A stretch of DNA of 32,000 nucleotides from Candidatus Harpocratesius repetitus (lineage in GTDB: Archaea > Asgardarchaeota > Lokiarchaeia > Sigyniarchaeales > Promethearchaeaceae): contig JAIZWK010000001.1 in assembly GCA_021498095.1 (NCBI GenBank), positions 2,550,001 to 2,582,000 of the forward strand, written 5' to 3'. The notes beneath the pieces are model-generated. The model had not been told where the DNA came from. It did no database searches and worked only from the letters and a program-made list of their open reading frames with translations. Every line of letters starts with the position of its first letter. Within the stretch, counting starts at the first letter, position 1. The position numbers and the translations under genes are program-made. Positions 27,274-32,000 of this stretch are shown in pieces.

Positions 27274-27816
27274 ATGAAAACAGGAAAAATAATAATTTTA
27301 GTAAGTCTTTTATTAATGTTAGTTGCCACAATCTTTCCATTTTTGGTTGTCAAAGTAAATGGGACTCCGCAAGGTGATATAACTATTAATTATGCCGGAT
27401 ATAGCTTTATCTTCGGCTCATTGGGATTATTTATGTTTGTTATTTATATGATGCAAGGTGCAGACGCATTAAATCAAGCATATGGTGCAGCGGGATTAAC
27501 ATTTTCAATCACCACTATGACCATGGTTACAACTTCAATGCCAATTGTTATGTTGATTGGAATGATTTTACTTTTATTTGCAAGTTTTCGAAATCCTGTG
27601 GTAGCGTTAATCGGTGGATTATTTATTTTGATATCTAGTCTATTAATGATAATCTTTTTCGATAGTTTCATTTATGCTTCATTAATAGCTTATGGATTGT
27701 CAACAAGTGGCTCTAGTTATTCCGTTGGCTATGGTTATGGATTATTTATAATTGCTGGTGCAGGTTTGATTAGCATAGTAGGTGCAATTATTGGAATCAA
27801 AGAAAATAAAGAATAA
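27274..27816 (+). CDS. Small membrane protein, ~4 TM helices
   Basis: Four hydrophobic stretches; AGGAG at 27261-27265. Confidence 0.8.
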   Translation: MKTGKIIILVSLLLMLVATIFPFLVVKVNGTPQGDITINYAGYSFIFGSLGLFMFVIYMMQGADALNQAYGAAGLTFSITTMTMVTTSMPIVMLIGMILLLFASFRNPVVALIGGLFILISSLLMIIFFDSFIYASLIAYGLSTSGSSYSVGYGYGLFIIAGAGLISIVGAIIGIKENKE

Positions 27817-27989
27817 AGAATAAAGTCGTAATAAATATTGTAGACATCACATAACATCGCTTGTAAATATATGGAAAGGGGAGTTTAAACATTTAAAATG
27901 GAATAAAAGTAATTATTCCTTTTTTTTTCTTTTAAACAACAATTAATTTTTCTCTGCCATTTTTTTACATTTTTTACATTTTTTCTCTT

Positions 27990-29455
27990 CAGTCTTTAAG
28001 GTTATGTTCTAAACTTCAAAGAACAACCTCCTTTTTTCTTTTTGTAAAAACCACACATTTTCTTTAGTATTTTCAAGCATCTCCCTCTCGATCACCTCAG
28101 TTAAGCTTGATTGATAAACATTTAAACTCGTTTCCCATAATTTAGTGTGACATTTGATTTGTTGTTTGCGGTAAAATTGCCAACAGTTAAAAATATATGC
28201 TCTCAGATATATCTGAGCTAATTGTGGGAAGGGATGGTGATTTCGGAACGATTCATGGATGGAATTAAGCATGCGAAATCCCGTTTCTTCGAACCATCTT
28301 TTTTTATAAGTTCTGGAGAGCCAGCGGCTCCATCGAGCTAAATTCTTTCGAGGATGAAGAGTGGTAAAAAAACCTTCAATTTCTTCAACCGCTTCATCAA
28401 GCGCAAGTTTTTTTCTGCGGAATTGCTCACGAACCTGCAAAGCTGATTTACTTCGATGTGCAGTTAATACTAAATTCACATAAACGGAGCTCGGCCAAGG
28501 TTTGGTCTTTGGACTCTGTGCGAACAGATATTTTTCACATAATCCCTTTTTACCATACAAAAATTCCTTGAAAAGCCTCTTAACTTTATGGAATTTTTTA
28601 GCAAGAATTAAAACGGGAAGTTTTTGATCTTTTAATTCTTTGATAAGCGAAGCGCGGTAGAATTCGCGGTCCATTAGCGCATAACTGAGGTTAAATCCTT
28701 GAAATTTGAGCCATTTTGCGAAAAGTCCAATATGTTTTGCACGGTATTGTTTGTGGCGAAGGAGTCGGAATTCTGAAAACAGAGTCATACCACATCCTTG
28801 AATTGCTATGCCTTGAAACAAACGGGCTTTACGAGTTCCCGGTTGTTTATGAGTTCCAACTTCAAAAGGCGGTCTAGGTTTTCCATAGTACGGATACTCT
28901 GTGTTGTCGACCAGCAACCGCATTTTTGACCCATCAATCGAATGACTTCGAATCTTTTGATTCACATGGTTTAAAAGGTTTCCGAAGATAAAGTGAATAT
29001 CTTTCTCAGATAATAGCCTAAAGAATTTATCAACATCAGTCTGATGAGGGACTAACCGTCTCTTACGAACTCCATCGCGAAAGTCCTTCAATTTAAGATT
29101 AAATTTCTTTCGGTAGTGCTTAGAAAGTTTTTGTTAAGATAATTTGAAGCATATTCGATGGATTTCTTGCTGGCTAAAGCGTATAGTTTGACTAAAATGA
29201 AATCACAATAGGTATACAGTCTTGGACGAAATTTCTGAGCGATTTCCGATCGACCCACCAACTTGTTAACATAAGATTTAAATTCTCCACGGAGAAATAA
29301 ATTTATAGGGAAAGGTGGGAGGGACGATTGGGGAATCGTCGTTTCTGTAAAAGAACTCATAATCTATCAAATATATTTTCTCCTTTCCCTTCAAAACTGT
29401 TCCGGTCTTCGCTTATTGTCGTATTGATTCGTTTAGATTATAACCTTGAAGACTG
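27990..29455 (-). mobile_element. ISH3-like (IS4-type DDE) insertion sequence, 1466 bp
   Basis: TIRs cagtctttaaggttat (27990-28005) and ataaccttgaagactg (29440-29455) match 15/16; flanking direct repeat TCTCTT (27984-89 / 29456-61). Confidence 0.9.
28009..29360 (-). pseudogene. DDE transposase split by a -1 frameshift near 29127-29133
   Basis: LLVDNTEYPYYG, LMDREFY and YKKRWFEETGFR form the D-D-E triad. The N-terminal ORF 29088..29360 continues in the -1 frame as KHYRKKFNLKLKDFRDG. Confidence 0.85.
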
Positions 29456-29717
29456 TCTCTTTCTTTTTTTCTTAATTAATCAATATTCAAATAACTTTAA
29501 CGACATTATTTTTCCTGGTTCAATTTACATTATCCTTTTTTCCCTACTTGCTTTAACTTTTTCCCAAGTAGGCTTGAAATCGTTAACTTGAATAAAATGG
29601 TTGAAGAACAATAATCTTGGAATAAGATTGTAAAATTGCGAGCTATTTAGCATATCATTTTTCATTTAATTTTATTATTCGAATATAATTTTTATTTCAT
29701 CACATCTCATTTATTTT

Positions 29718-30614
29718 ATGGATTTCATGAGCGTTTTTCAATTTTCAAAACTTATGCAGAATAAAATAATCGGAGGAGAAGTTAAATATATTTCACTTAT
29801 TAGTGATGAATCTTATTTGTATGCTGGAACGAACTATGGTTCGATAAATCTTTACAAGAAAGGTTCGTTTGAACACGTTGAAACAATTAAGATTTGTGAT
29901 AAAGATTCCATCTATAAAATAATCATTGATGATGATTATATTTATGTGGCTTCTAAAGGTTGCGTTTCTATTTTGGATAAAAAATCGCATGATTGCATTA
30001 AGAAAATAAAAGATCATAAAAATGAAATTTCAGGTCTTGCAGTTAATGAACGTTATCTCGCCACTGGTGGCTATGATAATATGATTTTTCTCTATGAAAA
30101 AGAAGGATGGAAGCAATGTGTGGAACTTGAGATTCATAATGATTGGGTTATTGATTTGAAGTTGGATGAAAATTACTTATATTCTTGTTCTGCAGATTCA
30201 ACGTTAATTAAATGGGAAATTGAATCAGATAAATACTTTGAATTTAAGAATCCTCATGGATATAGCTTTAAAAGAATTGCTTTAATAAATACTAAAATTA
30301 TTGTAGGGGATTATTGGGGTAATATTTATGTAATTAATCGAGAAAATGGGGAAATTATCAAACATTTGGATGATACAGATTACATTATTACAGGTTTAGC
30401 AATTATTGGGAAAATTCTATTTGTTTCAGTGATGAATAGACCTTTCTTTCACATTTATGAAATTGATAAATTTACTCACTTAGCAAAGGTAGATTTAACT
30501 AAAGGATGCTTGGGATGTTATGCAGATGAAGAATATGTATACTTTGGTCATGAGGAATGGGGAGGTATAGAAATCTGGGATATTAAAGAATTTATTTCCA
30601 ATAATACCAAATAA
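29718..30614 (+). CDS. WD40-repeat beta-propeller protein
   Basis: HKNEISGLAV...LATGGYDNMIFLY, HNDWVIDL...LYSCSADSTLIKWE, GIEIWDI. Confidence 0.88.
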   Translation: MDFMSVFQFSKLMQNKIIGGEVKYISLISDESYLYAGTNYGSINLYKKGSFEHVETIKICDKDSIYKIIIDDDYIYVASKGCVSILDKKSHDCIKKIKDHKNEISGLAVNERYLATGGYDNMIFLYEKEGWKQCVELEIHNDWVIDLKLDENYLYSCSADSTLIKWEIESDKYFEFKNPHGYSFKRIALINTKIIVGDYWGNIYVINRENGEIIKHLDDTDYIITGLAIIGKILFVSVMNRPFFHIYEIDKFTHLAKVDLTKGCLGCYADEEYVYFGHEEWGGIEIWDIKEFISNNTK

Positions 30615-30720
30615 TGCTCAATAATGCTCAATAATGCTCAATAATGCCCAATAATGCCCAATAATGTCCGTAAATACCTAATAATGCCTAATAACATCCA
30701 ATAACTTCTAATAACGAGTA
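30601..30720. repeat. 10-bp tandem array (~12 units) overlapping the WD40 stop
   Basis: ataatgctca x3, ataatgccca x2, then progressively degenerate units. Confidence 0.9.
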
Positions 30721-30827
30721 AATTTTGAGAAATAGAATGGGTTTTAAGTGATACATTTTCACTTTGAAAAAAGCGGAAGTAAAAAATGAGAGGAATAACT
30801 TATCCACTATCTTAAAATATGAATATA

Positions 30828-31349
30828 TCAAATTTTTTGAATTGTTTCAATCCAAATATCTTTAGGAATTATTCTATAATGAGGTTGATATAGTTCTTTA
30901 TAGATTTTAGAATAGTGAACTGCAGGAAAGTTGTTTTTTTTTATATTATCAAGAAAATTAATGGTAGTATGTTTAGAGATGCAAAATGGAGTATTATATA
31001 TAGTTTCAATCATAAAAGATACCAGATCTTCAAAATTTTTTTTAGAATTTCGTTTAAATCCTTCAAATTTCTGAGTTAGCACTTTGGAACCTTGATAAAA
31101 TGCAGATGCAATTTGAGAGGATGTAATATGTTCTGCTTTACATCGAGCTAAATTAACTCGAATTATAGGATTGAATATACCAATCTCGTAATAAAGAGGA
31201 GTATGGTTATCAGGTTTTAAATCAGACATTTCATTTTCTATCATTTGTAGACAAGATAATTTGTCCGAAATCATATGTTCAGAACCAAAAACTGCTTGAT
31301 ATAACAATTTATAATAGTCTTGGATCTCGGATTGGGGAAATCGAGTAAA
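30828..31349 (-). CDS. Conserved-looking hypothetical protein; frame extends upstream of the listed TTG, true start unclear or lost
   Basis: In-frame upstream sequence reads FTRFPQSEIQDYYKLLYQAVFGSEH, and the protein ends FPAVHYS..YKELYQPHYRII. There is no ATG before the stop at 31392-94. Confidence 0.55.
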   Translation of the reverse strand, partial: FTRFPQSEIQDYYKLLYQAVFGSEHMISDKLSCLQMIENEMSDLKPDNHTPLYYEIGIFNPIIRVNLARCKAEHITSSQIASAFYQGSKVLTQKFEGFKRNSKKNFEDLVSFMIETIYNTPFCISKHTTINFLDNIKKNNFPAVHYSKIYKELYQPHYRIIPKDIWIETIQKI

Positions 31350-31618
31350 TTCATTTGAAAAATGGAAGGAAATCCGAAATTCTTGTATCGATTATCTACA
31401 AAATCCAAATCATTCTTAATTTTAAATTTATCGAAACATCATTTAAGATAAAAAAATCTTTTTTAGTCAATTATTCAAAGAAAAATGGTGGAAATATGAA
31501 ATTTTTGACCAGATTTAAGAGTTTAAAAAAATATATTCAAATAATGATTGGATGAACAAGAATATTGTCGAAAATATTTACCTAAAAGAAAAAAAAAGGT
31601 TAAAATAAAAAATTTAAC

Positions 31619-31999
31619 TTATTTTCGGCGTTTTATTAAATACACTAAAGCAATTAAGGAAACTAAAGATGCACAACTAATCATTTCAATAGGAGCTCCT
31701 GGAATATTTGAGAAGATTCCTCCCTTCAAATTACGATTTTCTCCTATTTCTCCATCTTGTATTTGCTCGGCTGTTGGTGGTTTATAACCTTCTCGAACTA
31801 GCGTTTGAGATATTGAATAACTAACAGTTTCACCATCAATATCATATTTTGTGTTTGTTGTATTAACAAATGCCATAGTAACATCAATATATTGAGCATA
31901 TGAAGCTAAAACCATATCACTATTATATTCAACTGCAAATGAAATTGCAACTGCTGAGTTGTTATAATCAATCCCTTGATTCGCTAATCCAGTTGCCAG
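31619..31999 (-). CDS. C-terminal end of a surface protein with a Loki-CTERM-like sorting signal; runs off the right edge
   Basis: The frame is open to the window edge and ends IPGAPIEMISCASLVSLIALVYLIKRRK (IPG + TM + basic tail). Confidence 0.8.
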   Translation of the reverse strand: MATGLANQGIDYNNSAVAISFAVEYNSDMVLASYAQYIDVTMAFVNTTNTKYDIDGETVSYSISQTLVREGYKPPTAEQIQDGEIGENRNLKGGIFSNIPGAPIEMISCASLVSLIALVYLIKRRK

Positions 32000-32000
32000 T

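Noticed and set aside
26329-30017. ORFs 26329..26517, 27474..27671, 29328..29591 and 29793..30017
   Set aside because: Antisense overlaps of trmB, the membrane gene, the IS end and the WD40 gene.
24991-30720. CRISPR arrays at the 10-bp repeats
   Set aside because: Units are head-to-tail with no spacers, are too short, and there are no cas genes.
31355-31787. ORFs 31355..31555 and 31548..31787 as intact genes
   Set aside because: They are fragments of the decayed repeat, and the second runs antisense into the Loki-CTERM gene.

Overview
Very AT-rich archaeal window, most likely Lokiarchaeia/Promethearchaeota (Asgard), based on a Loki-CTERM-like protein at the right edge, anchored beta-helix surface proteins and archaeal TATA/BRE promoters. 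It looks like a defence/mobility island. The left half has a Mini-III-like RNase missed by the ORF track and a TIGR02757/DUF2400 glycosylase-like protein fused to an Fe-S motif and a PD-(D/E)xK nuclease. It also has a coupled minus-strand operon (326-339 aa unknown, 1388 aa AAA+ ATPase, NurA, HerA) with no mre11/rad50. Upstream on the same strand is a DUF6884-like + PUA-less TGT (DpdA-like) pair, bracketed with a truncated McrC-like gene by ~116-bp inverted repeats. This is the best candidate for an undescribed system: putative 7-deazaguanine DNA modification next to a HerA/NurA/ATPase effector. The middle has decayed genes (frameshifted DUF4238, a duplicated winged-helix tail, a split XPF-like gene) and a tandem duplication of beta-helix surface genes with shuffled 69-bp repeats and nested IS scars. 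The right half has a SAP-domain + ATPase-nuclease pair, TrmB, a TIR-bounded but frameshifted ISH3-like IS, a WD40 protein and 10-bp tandem arrays. All family calls come from motifs recognised by eye; no searches were run.
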